DNA from: Porphyridium purpureum | Lineage: Eukaryota | Direction of reading: 5' to 3' | Assembly: GCA_008690995.1 (NCBI GenBank) | Contig: VRMN01000003.1 | Location: 1,302,001 to 1,366,000, forward strand | Length of the DNA stretch: 64,000 nucleotides | Made by a program: the position numbers and the translations under genes | Notes under the pieces: generated by a model | Seen by the model: only the letters and a program-made list of their open reading frames with translations | What the model was told of the DNA's origin: nothing | Databases searched by the model: none | In this document: piece after piece, positions 9,068 to 19,548 of the stretch | Numbering within the stretch: position 1 is the stretch's first letter | How the letters are laid out: every line of letters starts with the position of its first letter

Positions 9068-10630
9068 GGTGCCGTCCGGATTTTTCATGTTGCACGTGTA
9101 CGCAAATATCGGATCGAACCCGCTGCTGAGCTGCTAACGCAGCCCATATCTGCCCGCGAATATCGCTTGAATCCAGACCTGCAACTTCGCTTCAAGAGTT
9201 CTGACGAGGAGGAGCTTTCCTGGCTTTACAACCAGGGAGCTTTTATTATTGCAGAACGTGTACCCACCAACGCCGTCATCGTCCCTGCAAAAATGGTTCG
9301 TGTTCTCAAAAATTACCGTACTGCTCACGAGACCACAAAGTCACGTTTGGTCGCACTCGGACATGTGGACGCTCAGAAACGCTCTCTTATTGTCGAGTCT
9401 CCGATGCTGTCGCAGTGGGCACTCAAAGTTATTGTGTCCACCACAGTTCAATTCGGCTGGACAATTCATACTCAGGATGCGAAAAAAGCATACTTGCAAG
9501 CAACGAAATCATTGCAGCGCCCCGTTTATATTGTCTTGCGTAGCGTCTTGTGCAATCTATTCTGCAACGCGGTCAACATTCCGCCCCGTGACATCTTGTA
9601 CCTGCTCGTCGTCAAACCGCTGTACGGCCTATCCGAATCCGGCATGTATTGGTGGTTTTCCGTCCAGCACGCATTATCAACACTGTCGCTTGTTCCGACA
9701 CCAATGGATCCGTGTTTCTTTATTCAAGCTTCAGATGGCCTGGTAGGCGTCCTATCGGACAATATCATTTACGCTGGAACGCGCTCATTTCTCGGCTCCT
9801 TGCAGCAAAAGCTCGCAGAATTTATTATGTCACCAGCTGAAACGCCTCCGCTCGAATACAATGGCGTACGACTTGAGCAGAATTTGCGAATGCACCAAAC
9901 TGAATACCTACAAACGCTGCGCCGCTCCGCATTGGAAGCGCTTACGCCTGAGCAATTTCGTGGACGCATTCGTTGGCTTGGTCAAACTCGCCCAGATTTA
10001 CTACCTCTTTCGCCATCGGCGCTCGATCTAGCGGATACCGCGAAACGTGTTGGCAAATACCTCGCTGAAACCGAACGTTGGTATCTGCCGTACGACCGCC
10101 TTGATGCGGGTTTTCGAGTTCATGCGTACAGTGATGCAAGCTTCGCAACCGATGGCACCCGGTCGCGCCTGGGTTTCTGCATTTTCCTGGTGGACGGTGT
10201 GCACCGTGCTCATCTTCTTCATGCAAGGAGCTATTTATCTCCGCGGGTTGTACGCAGTGTTCTTGCCGCCGAGCTGTATGCCGCGAGTGACTGTTTGGAT
10301 TTCTGTCTAGCCCTGCAGCCCACGCTGTGCTCCGTGCATGTACGTGATGTGCCGATCACTTTATTCACCGACAGCCAAAGCATTTTTGATACGGTGCACA
10401 AGGCCAAGGTTTTCACTGAGAAACGGCTGATGGTTGAAGTCGTGCAGCTGCGAGAGGCGATCGCCACGGGCGAGCTACAAGACCTCGCTCACCTTCGAGC
10501 TTCCTCAAACATCGCAGATAGCCTTGCGAAGTTTGATACTCGCCGTCTAATGTGGCACCAGTACTTCATGACGGGAAAGCTTGACCACGATGTACACATG
10601 GCAACCCAGCGGTATTCTCCGGAACTGTAA
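9068..10630 (+). mobile_element. Ty1/Copia (GalEa-like) pol, RT-RNase H part (continuation of 3-707)
   Basis: KSRLVALG, DAKKAYLQA and KPLYGLSESG in RT; YSDASFA, AELYA, TDSQS and NIADSLAK in RNase H; INT-before-RT order. The YxDD motif reads LSDN. Confidence 0.9.
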
Positions 10631-10832
10631 TGTTGACCTGCCACCTGCCTGGTCGGTGAAAAGCCTTGAGTTTCATATCACATTCGACCAGTATACTATA
10701 CACATGTGTGCAATAATTTCTCGGCCTACCGCTTCCCAGTCGCGTCCTCGTTTTCGTCGGCACAGCTGCCGCACTGTGTACAATGCGTCACCAGAGCCTC
10801 AAGTCATTCCTGCGCGTTGTCTTTGCGTCAGA

Positions 10833-11133
10833 TGTTATCCGTTCGACCCCAGTCACCTAGAACGGTTCGGTTAATCCGAAACCGGTAAGCCGTTAAACCG
10901 GTAGACCGTTTAACCGTTTCTAGAAGCTTCTAGAGGTTCCAGAACCTTCTAGACGCGCGCAGAAATGCCAATGGTTTGCATTGTCATTTCTCTTGGCGCC
11001 TTGCTGTCCCTAGCGGAAGTAAGGGTATAAAAAGGCGACGCGCCTGCCCGGACTAGCCGGTCAGGTCTTGCTCGGAGACAGAAGAGGTAAGAAGAAGAAG
11101 AGAAGCAGAGTAAAAGGCACAGCATTGGTAACA
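10833..11133 (+). repeat. 5' LTR of Gypsy element 2
   Basis: Direct repeat of 15971-16271; TATAAAAA at 11025-11032. Confidence 0.97.
10918..10954 (+). promoter_or_regulatory. Heat-shock-element-like array in LTR U3 (second copy at 16056-16092)
   Basis: TTCtaGAAgcTTCtaGAg and TTCcaGAAccTTCtaGAc are alternating nTTCn/nGAAn units about 70 bp upstream of the TATA box. Confidence 0.65.
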
Positions 11134-11135
11134 TT

Positions 11136-11150
11136 TGGTATCGTCGCTGG
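11136..11150 (+). other. Primer-binding site, initiator-Met tRNA type
   Basis: TGGTATCGTCGC... starts 2 nt after the 5' LTR; the first 7 nt match the classical iMet PBS TGGTATC. Confidence 0.75.
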
Positions 11151-11667
11151 TTACCTGGGGTTGCTCTAAGGTTCTCTTAGAGTTTCTCTGGGGTTGCCTG
11201 GGTGGGAGAGTCTGCGGGTGAGGGGGTTCGAGTAAGTCGATCCGGAGGGTGCGACGGGTGGAAGCGGGTCTCAGTTTTGGCTGTACGATAGGCCTAGGCC
11301 TTGACGGCGGACTCGCTCTCTGCCTTAGCACGTATTAGTAGGCAAGAGCCGTAACGGTCAGCCTTCACTAGGATTCATCCTAGTGTCGCACGACCACCTT
11401 TGCGAAGGTAGGCGCCGAACACCTCCATACAAGATCGCATCTATAATCCCCGCCCCAGTGCAAAGGCCCGGGCCGCTCCCCATCCAGCGCAACAGAGGAA
11501 GATTGCTGTGCGTGTGTGTACGTGAGAGGACCGCTTCGTGTGTCGGTTTGTGTTCGTGAGGGCAATCGAAGCCCGTTCGTGTTGCGCGCAGCTGTTGGAG
11601 AAAGTGAGCATCGGAGGCTTGCTGTTCGTGTTGTTGTCGTCGTTGAGCGTGCTTGTTTCCAGAAAGC

Positions 11668-12474
11668 ATGGAGATTGATTCGGAGACGCTGGGACCACGT
11701 GGCCCGAAGGAGGCCCGTCTGATGAGGTTCGACGGGAAGCGTGACCTTCTGGTTGTCAAGACGTGGTTGTTCCAGGCGAGAAAGAAGATCTTGGGCCGGC
11801 TGTTGGAGAGCATCCACCCGGACGATTTGGAGAAACGTCTGCTTGCGGAGAGGCGTGCTGTGGACCTGGCATCAGACTACTTCGAGGGAGAGGCGCTTCA
11901 TTGGTGGGTTCTAAACTGCGAACGCTACCCGCAGGAGGTCCCCACGACGTGGAATGATTTTGCTGCCCTCGTGAGTGCTCGGTTCACGCCGCTGGATTCG
12001 ATCAGGCGTGCAAGGGACAAGTTGACGCATCTTTCGCAGAAAGGCCCGGCCCATGCGTATGTGGCGGCTTTTCAGGACGCGGCACTTGTGATTCCGGACT
12101 TGTCGGACGCAGAAATGATGGACCGCTTTGTGAGGGGTCTGAAGCCCGAGGTCCGCTTGGAAGTGTACAAGCGAGGAGTGAGTACGTTCGCGGAGGCTGC
12201 GCAGGTGGCGGTGGTCGTGGACGACGCCATTCATGCGACCCGCGGCGTGCGTGATTCAAGTGTGAGGACGCCATTTTTCGGTCGTGCAGCGCAGGAAGGA
12301 CCTGTCCCTATGGAGCTCGGGAACGTGCAGGGTCAGAGGCGTGTTCGAAGCGAGCTCAAATGCTGGAATTGTGGAAAGCCGGGACACATCGCCAGGAAGT
12401 GTCCCGAGGCAAGGAAGACTATTCAGCAGCTGGAGGGAGACTCGCTGGAGTCAAAAAACGAGGAGCTCGAGTAA
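11668..12474 (+). CDS. gag: Gypsy element 2 gag
   Basis: Retrotransposon gag motifs (ALHWW, FVRGLK, PVPMELG) and knuckle CWNCGKPGHIARKC. Confidence 0.93.
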   Translation: MEIDSETLGPRGPKEARLMRFDGKRDLLVVKTWLFQARKKILGRLLESIHPDDLEKRLLAERRAVDLASDYFEGEALHWWVLNCERYPQEVPTTWNDFAALVSARFTPLDSIRRARDKLTHLSQKGPAHAYVAAFQDAALVIPDLSDAEMMDRFVRGLKPEVRLEVYKRGVSTFAEAAQVAVVVDDAIHATRGVRDSSVRTPFFGRAAQEGPVPMELGNVQGQRRVRSELKCWNCGKPGHIARKCPEARKTIQQLEGDSLESKNEELE

Positions 12475-15400
12475 AAAGGTTCCTCGGACAGTCAGAGGGA
12501 AAGGAGGCTCGCAGACGTTACGAGACCTCTAGGGGCGGCAATGGAGACCGCTGTGGTGGCCTTGGTAAGCCAAGGTCTGGCTGTCCGACGCCTTGTGGGC
12601 GAAACTCGAGCGCAAATCAGCCCGTGATCAAGGAACTTGGAGGAATGGGAGCTGCCATGCTTCTTCGAGTTCGAGGAAAAGTGCACAAGTCCGACGGAGA
12701 GGCCACGTTTTTGATTGACAGTGGCGCGACGGACAACTTTATGAGCGTGGACTTTGTGCAGAAATCCGACGGCCTGAAGCGGAAGGCGTCGTGGAAGAGA
12801 GATCATGTGACCCTGGCAGACGGGTCTGTATTGGAGATAGCCGGAGAAGTCTCCAATGTCAAGTTTACACTGAGCGATGGGTACTCGGGAGCCGCTAACT
12901 TTGCCATTTGCCGGATTGCGGGACAAGACGCAATCTTGGGCATGGAGTGGCTGAAGCGGGAGAACCCAGTGATTGATTGGCAGTCTGGCATGTTGGCCTA
13001 CGGAGAGAAGAAGGCCTGGAGCATGACGCAGATGCTGGTGCCACGGAAAGAGCTCCGTCGGCTGTTGAAGAGTCAGGAGGTAGAAGAGTGCTACCTCGGC
13101 GTGCTGAAAGGAAGGAAGGAGCCCTGTTCAGTGGAGCGCAAAGAAGCTGACTCTGTGAGAAAGATGCTCAAGGATTTCGAAAATCTGTTCGAGGAGCCAC
13201 GTGGGCTGCCTGAGAGCCGAACAGTGGAGCATGTGATTAGACTGAAAGATGAAAAGCCTGTGAGAGTGGGCAGGGTCTACCGACTGAGCCCTGCGGAGTT
13301 GAAAGTCCTCCGAGAGACTTTGGATGATTTGCTGGACAAAGGATTCGTCCAGCCGAGTCAGAGCCCGTTTGGAGCACCCGTGCTGTTCGTGAAGAAGAAA
13401 GACGGCAGCATGAGGATGTGTGTCGATTATCGGGCGTTGAACGACGCAACTGTGAAGGACCGGTATCCGTTGCCAAACATGGATGAGTTGCTGGATCGAC
13501 TGGGCGCAGCTCACTGTTTTTCAAAGTTGGATTTGGCATCGGGATACCACCAGTTGCGTGTTCGGGGAGAGGACGTGCCGAAGACCGCGTTCCAGACCAG
13601 GTACGGACAGTTCGAGTTCCGTGTGATGCCGTTTGGTCTTTGCAACGCGCCGGCAGCTTTTCAGAGGGCCATGAACGAGCTGTTTGTAGATCTGCTGGAC
13701 AAGACCGTCATTGTCTACTTGGACGATATTTTGGTCTTTACCAAGGATCGGCAGTCGCACGGCGAGGTCCTGAAGGAAGTGTTGTCGCGCTTGCAAAAGG
13801 CGGGGTATCGTTTGAAGCGCAAGAAGTGCAGCTTCTTCGTTTCTGAAGTCGAATACCTGGGGAACATTGTCGGCAACGGTTGCGTGAAGATGGATCCACG
13901 GAAGGTGGAAGCTTTGAAAGATTGGCCAGTGCCAAAGACGGTGACGGAGTTGAGATCCTTTTTGGGAATGACAAACTGGTTTCGCAGGTTTGTCAAAGGA
14001 TACTCTACCGTCGTGGCGCCGCTGACTTCGCTGTTGCAGAACGCAAAGTCGAAGAAGCAGCTGATCGAACTGGGAGATGAAGGCAAGTCGGCCTTCAAGA
14101 AGATTGTCGGGATGTTGACGGAAGCGCCGGTGTTGGCCTTGCCAGACCCTGAAAAGCCATTTGAGGTGTACACGGACCGCTCCGAAGTCGCGGTGGGGGG
14201 ATGGCTGGCACAGGAAGGCAGACCGGTCGCGTTTACGTCGAGGAAGCTGCTGGACCGAGAGACCAGGTACAGCAGCTATGAAGGTGAGCTCATGGCCGTC
14301 ATTCACTGTCTGCGAGAGTTTCGACCTTATCTGTACGGGGCAAAGTTTGTGCTTCACACAGATCATGAGGCGTTGAAACATTTGATGACGCAGAAGGAGC
14401 TGAATGGCCGGCAAGCACGGTGGTTGGACTTTTTGGCCGAGTTTGATATCACAATCGACTATGTGAAGGGAAAGTCGAACGTGGTAGCCGATGCTTTGTC
14501 GAGGAAGCCGGAGTTGCACGCGCTAGAGTACCAAGTTCGGTGTGATGAATTTGGTACGGGTTTCCAGGCATTCGTGGGTTCGTACTCGAGTGACCCAGAC
14601 TTTGGTACTTTGATGGGAGATTTACCGACCCACCAAGGTTTTCGAACCGAAACTGGGCTCTTGTACTTGAGGAATCGCGTTTGCGTGCCGAGGAAGTTCA
14701 GAGAGCGTGTCATGCAGCTCCACCACGATATCCCGACAGCAGGGCACCGTGGAGCGGACACAACTTATGCATCTTTGATAACTCGCTTCTACTGGCCAAA
14801 GATGAAGCGAGACGTGAGCCGTTTTGTGAAGACTTGTCACGAGTGCCAAGTGACAAAGTCAGAGAATCGGTCGTTTGGAAAGCTGAAGCCCTTGTCGATC
14901 CCAGAAGGACCTTGGGTCGACATTTCGATGGACTTTGTGACAGAGCTGCCTCGGAGCGAAGGCAGCTGTGATGCAATCATGACTGTGGTGGATCGCTTTT
15001 CGAAGATGGCGCTGTTCATCCCGACGCGCAAGGACTTGACAGCAAAGCGTTGTGCTGACTTGTTTGTGAAGCACGTCGTGAGCCGCTTCGGATACCCCAA
15101 GTCAATTGTGTCGGACCGAGATCCGCTGTTTACGTCCACGTTTTGGCAGCAGCTGAGCAAGCGGGTGGGCATGAAGTTGGCTATGTCTACCGCCAACCAC
15201 CCGCAGACAGATGGCCAAACTGAGCGAGTGAACCGCGTGATTCGGGAAATGCTCAAGCTGATGGCGACGAATAGTGGCTGGGTGCGAGACTTGCCGTTGT
15301 ACGAGTTTGCGTACAACTCTGCACCAAGCAGTGCCACTGGATTCGCGCCGTTCAAAGTGGTGTATGGAAGGGATCCTTGGTTTCCACCGAGCGAAGGGTG

Positions 15401-15851
15401 GAGGCCTGCGCGTGACGGACAAACGAAGGACATGGCGGAGCACTGGTTTCGCCTGTGCAAAGTCCATGAAGAAGTCCGCGACAATTTGATCGAAGCCCAG
15501 GGGAGAATGCAGAAGTTCTTCGATCGACGCAAGGATGCCCGGGAGTTTCAAGTTGGTGATCAAGTGTTGATCACGGCGCCGCAATTGCGGCCGAACAAGA
15601 GTGATTTGGCGGCACCAAAGTTTCTTGGTCCGGTGCCTGTCATTGAGAAGGTAAGCTCGCATGCTTACCGAGTGATTTTGCCCGAGGGTGTGGCTTGTCA
15701 TGATGTTTTTCCGATCCAACATCTGAAGCCATACTATGGACGCGAAGACTACATGGCAGGGGAAAATGATGAAGAAGTACCCGACGACCTGCCAGCGTCC
15801 GATTCTGAGCCAGACTTGTTGAAAATTATCGAAGAGTCTGACTCTGAATGA
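12453..15851 (+). CDS. pol: Gypsy element 2 pol, in -1 frame to gag (start placed at predicted slippery site)
   Basis: LIDSGA protease; YLDD RT; RNase H; HHCC/DDE integrase; no chromodomain; A AAA AAC at 12453-12459 lies in the gag/pol overlap. Confidence 0.92.
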   Translation, partial: KKRGARVKRFLGQSEGKEARRRYETSRGGNGDRCGGLGKPRSGCPTPCGRNSSANQPVIKELGGMGAAMLLRVRGKVHKSDGEATFLIDSGATDNFMSVDFVQKSDGLKRKASWKRDHVTLADGSVLEIAGEVSNVKFTLSDGYSGAANFAICRIAGQDAILGMEWLKRENPVIDWQSGMLAYGEKKAWSMTQMLVPRKELRRLLKSQEVEECYLGVLKGRKEPCSVERKEADSVRKMLKDFENLFEEPRGLPESRTVEHVIRLKDEKPVRVGRVYRLSPAELKVLRETLDDLLDKGFVQPSQSPFGAPVLFVKKKDGSMRMCVDYRALNDATVKDRYPLPNMDELLDRLGAAHCFSKLDLASGYHQLRVRGEDVPKTAFQTRYGQFEFRVMPFGLCNAPAAFQRAMNELFVDLLDKTVIVYLDDILVFTKDRQSHGEVLKEVLSRLQKAGYRLKRKKCSFFVSEVEYLGNIVGNGCVKMDPRKVEALKDWPVPKTVTELRSFLGMTNWFRRFVKGYSTVVAPLTSLLQNAKSKKQLIELGDEGKSAFKKIVGMLTEAPVLALPDPEKPFEVYTDRSEVAVGGWLAQEGRPVAFTSRKLLDRETRYSSYEGELMAVIHCLREFRPYLYGAKFVLHTDHEALKHLMTQKELNGRQARWLDFLAEFDITIDYVKGKSNVVADALSRKPELHALEYQVRCDEFGTGFQAFVGSYSSDPDFGTLMGDLPTHQGFRTETGLLYLRNRVCVPRKFRERVMQLHHDIPTAGHRGADTTYASLITRFYWPKMKRDVSRFVKTCHECQVTKSENRSFGKLKPLSIPEGPWVDISMDFVTELPRSEGSCDAIMTVVDRFSKMALFIPTRKDLTAKRCADLFVKHVVSRFGYPKSIVSDRDPLFTSTFWQQLSKRVGMKLAMSTANHPQTDGQTERVNRVIREMLKLMATNSGWVRDLPLYEFAYNSAPSSATGFAPFKVVYGRDPWFPPSEGWRPARDGQTKDMAEHWFRLCKVHEEVRDNLIEAQGRMQKFFDRRKDAREFQVGDQVLITAPQLRPNKSDLAAPKFLGPVPVIEKVSSHAYRVILPEGVACHDVFPIQHLKPYYGREDYMAGENDEEVPDDLPASDSEPDLLKIIEESDSE

Positions 15852-15956
15852 CTTGGGAATTGTGAGAAGTTTGCTAGGCAGAGGTTTTCTCCCGGAGCGC
15901 GGGTTCCTCGAGCCAAGAATGCAACTTAGTTTGAAGTCTCGCCGAGACGTCGAGCC

Positions 15957-15970
15957 AAGAGGGGGGGAGA
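15957..15970 (+). other. Polypurine tract of element 2
   Basis: aagagggggggaga immediately precedes the 3' LTR. Confidence 0.9.
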
Positions 15971-16271
15971 TGTTATCCGTTCGACCCCAGTCACCTAGAA
16001 CGGTTCGGTTAATCCGAAACCGGTAAGCCGTTAAACCGGTAGACCGTTTAACCGTTTCTAGAAGCTTCTAGAGGTTCCAGAAACTTCTAGACGCGCGCAG
16101 AAATGCCAATGGTTTGCATTGTCATTTCTCTTGGCGCCTTGCTGTCCCTAGCGGAAGTAAGGGTATAAAAAGGCGACGCGCCTGCCCGGACTAGCCGGTC
16201 AGGTCTTGCTCGGAGACAGAAGAGGTAAGAAGAAGAAGAGAAGCAGAGTAAAAGGCACAGCATTGGTAACA
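15971..16271 (+). repeat. 3' LTR of Gypsy element 2
   Basis: Direct repeat of 10833-11133. Confidence 0.97.
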
Positions 16272-18471
16272 TCAGAGCTCGATGCAAAATTTACAAGGCC
16301 ATTCAAGTTCAGCAAGTTCCTTCGCTCAGTGTGGCGAATTATTGCGCGCCATCGATCATTCAAGCTATCAACAACATATTGGTGCTCCCACAAGCTTGCG
16401 CCTGACTCGTTTTCTCTCGTCATTTCATCTGCCAAGTCTCGACATGTCGTTTTGCCCGTTTCGGTACCGTACAATGTCCAAATGCCGCCCATTTTTCGCG
16501 AGGGCGCCGGTCAATCGTTTTTTTTACAATCTCCAGTCCGCATTTCGCACGCTGTTTTTCGTGCTCCGTGCCTGTTTGAATGTCCCGTCGACTTCCTCCT
16601 CTTCGCTCGCGCACGTGTTTTCACACTCGCTGTGTGATTCAGCATTGCATTCTGGAATATGTCATTCGTGTGCCATCCCAGAAAGAAAAATAAGGGAATG
16701 TCAATTATTCGTGTGAATAATTGACCAAGTACAGGTGTAGCTGTACCAAGTTACTTTGAGGGTTACCCGAACCCTCAATTTCTTGACCAGCGTATAAATA
16801 CGCGGCGAGCGGCGGCGGGAAAGTAGCACTAGAACAAAAATAAAGGTTAAGGGTGTATGGAAAAAGAACAAACCTTCCGCCCCGTGGGATAGCCTGACGG
16901 GGGATAGAGATGAACGACAGTTTGAGCTCTGGCACAATCAAGTCTTGCTAGCTTTCGGTCGAGTGTCAAAAGACAGATTATTCACCACACGATGGAAGGC
17001 ATATTGCTGGTGCATTGCGCTCCGGACTGTGGTCCATCATGCAATAGTTTTTCCTTCGCAGGAGCAGATCCTCGGCTACCGGTCACGCCTTTTGAAAAGC
17101 TCGCTCAAACTTTCACTATTCGTGATCCCTTCCACAACGGCCGGCGCGAGCTTCGACGGGTTGGTGGAAGTGTACTTGAGACTGTAGGCATCAGGACCTG
17201 CTGAGAAGCGGCGAATTGCGCCACCGGGGTGGTTTATCTTACGCGATATTCCCTGCAGAGCGTCGCATGCTGGCTTGAAGGCCAAAATGGCTCTTTTTCC
17301 GCGCTCTGAGAGTCCGCATTTGCGTCGCATGGTACCTGAGCGATTGTGTCGCACATGAGCGCACACGAAGATCAAAATTTGTGCCGCCTGTCCGCGCGCA
17401 GCCTTGGATTGTCGCTGATATAGTTCCCGGTCCTATCCTTTTTGTGCGCGCTTTTCACTGTACCTCCAGTGGAGAACACCGCCTTATATAGTAAAACGAT
17501 CGAATTTATTATAAAGTCCAGAAAAACTTGGGGGGGTCCTATCCTATTTGTCCGCACTTTACCTGCTGTACTCTGACTCTCTATTAAAAGCACGACAGCG
17601 TTGAAGAGCAGTGGGCTTAGAATAAAATACCCCCACTCAAATATGCATTTTCATATACTAAATTGGGCTCACACGAGAAGTTGCCTGTCCTGGTAGTGTA
17701 CAGTGACAACACCGAGCACGACTTTCGGTGTGCGGATGGAGAGACGGAACGTGGGAGCATGTGAGCGTGCCAAGGAAAGACCACGCCGCTTGTCAGTGCG
17801 AAGAGGAGCGACCGCATTTGCCAGTGGTGTTGCCGGAACCGCCCATGCTGCGATGCTCCCTGTGACATTGTCTGCAGACTCATGGCTTGCTGCGGAAAAT
17901 GGCGTCCCCGAGTCGTGGTAGTGGTCGACTGGTGCACGACGGCTAGGTCGATTTTTGCTGGCACCGCGACGACCACGTGCGGCCATGAGCTGCACCGGTA
18001 GATGTGCTTCGATGACGATAGCCTTCTGGTGTGACAATCTACGGCGCAGGAAGTCACCTTGGCGTCGACGCTCCGCCGCGCCGCTCGCATGTGCCAGCTC
18101 GTTTGTCACGAACGTGCGACCTGGACGGGCGCTGAATTGCGGGAAATCAGCAGAGTGCGCAGAAATATCCGTTTCAACTGTTTCAGCATTGATCGCAAGA
18201 AACGGCTTAAAGCGCAATGTCTGGGCAGCGCCTTTCTGGATCGTGGCGGAGGGTACTTTGAGGGCACGAGTAAAAAGATTGAGTTGGCATGCGCGCGACC
18301 ATGAGGGCACCGTCGTCGCTGCGACTTTCCGGCCGAGGAGTCTGCCCGCCGGTTTTGTTTTCTGAGATCCAAAGAGAGTAAACGGTGGGATCGTTCGCAT
18401 TCGCCGAGTCTGACCACAGCATCCGACATCGCCGCGAAACACATAGATCTGAGCTAGTCGCTCTTCGAGTC

Positions 18472-18528
18472 ACAGAGAGAGAGAGAGAGAGAAAGAGTGT
18501 GTGTGTGTGTGCGGGTGTGCGTGTGTGT
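18472..18528. repeat. Adjacent (GA)n and (GT)n microsatellites
   Basis: Directly visible dinucleotide runs. Confidence 0.9.
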
Positions 18529-19548
18529 TGCACCGACTCTCCGCTATCTGGCATTCCACAACTGCGCGATTCCAGCGAGCCGCATTTTCGCTTGTCCGAG
18601 CGGGACCCCTTCTGCAGCAAAACGGACATTCACGAACGCACCACCATCGAGCGTCTTCTTGATTTTGTCAACAAGAACACGCGTTTGTGATTTCCAACAC
18701 CCGCTCGCCATCGAATCACTGCGAGAAACCCTAGCGCGCGCGCTTTTTGTGGTGCGACGCGCCGAAATCGGGGCGCGGTAGTGTACAGTCCGCGCTGTTC
18801 TGTTTCTCCTGCTTTTACAAAAAAGACGCGTGGTTTGCAGGGCGCGAGTTTTCGGTCTAGTACGTCCGTGCGTGTGGGTCGGGGCGAAAAGAACAAGGGC
18901 GAACGCGCGAGCGCGACGTGGGGAGGGAACGCAGCGCGCGACAAGGGCCTGGCCGATCCGCGCCCCGCAAGGAGCAAGGGAAACAAGAGGTACTGGTCGG
19001 CGGATCGTCGTGCGGACTGAAGCCCCTCTTTTCTTGGCCGCGCGGTACGCTTGGTCACACGTGGGAGACGCAGCGGGGGAAGGGCGCCGATTCGCTCGCG
19101 CCTACGAAAGGAGAACGCGCAACCCGACAACGGCCTTGCTTGAACGGTACGCGAGGCGTGGCCGCGACGGAGAGCGTGAGAGTGGCCCGGCGGATCGGGA
19201 GCGCAGACTCGCAGTCGCGCGCAGCCTCGTCGACGCGTTGCGTTTGTCCGGCAGCGGTAGGTGAGCACGGCCTAGCGGGCGTGTGCAACGGAAGAGGCAT
19301 AGACAGACCGTCGCGCGACCGAATTGAGAGTGCGGACCCTGCGCCTAAGAGGTAGTGTGTTTACCCGGACGCGTCTATACGTTAGGCAGGTTGCGGGCCT
19401 GCGCTCTTCTTGAACTGTCGGGTGTTTTCGGCATACGGGGCGTGCTCTTTGTGCCGTCGTACCGCGCACACGAGGCAGCGCTCGACAAAATCAATTCTTA
19501 GCGAGCTTGGACACGAGGTTCTCAGCGGGCTGCGGAAAGCACACAACA

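Larger units (their letters stand above)
10833..16271 (+). mobile_element. Full-length Ty3/Gypsy LTR retrotransposon (element 2)
   Basis: 301-bp TG...CA LTRs with one mismatch (10945 vs 16083); TSD TCAGA (10828-10832, 16272-16276); PBS, gag, pol and PPT all present. Confidence 0.97.

Noticed and set aside
11715..11745. CTGATGAG hammerhead-like core
   Set aside because: Lies in gag coding sequence, with no matching GAAA or stem arrangement.
13521..15722. Long antisense ORFs opposite pol (also opposite XPO1 and other genes)
   Set aside because: Shadow frames expected in GC-rich coding DNA; no recognisable domains.
15720..15851. Chromodomain at the end of Gypsy 2 pol
   Set aside because: The tail is acidic and lacks the aromatic chromodomain pattern.
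17617..19469. Overlapping 100-257 aa ORFs upstream of XPO1
   Set aside because: Arg/Ala-rich, no motifs, several competing frames; cannot be supported as genes.
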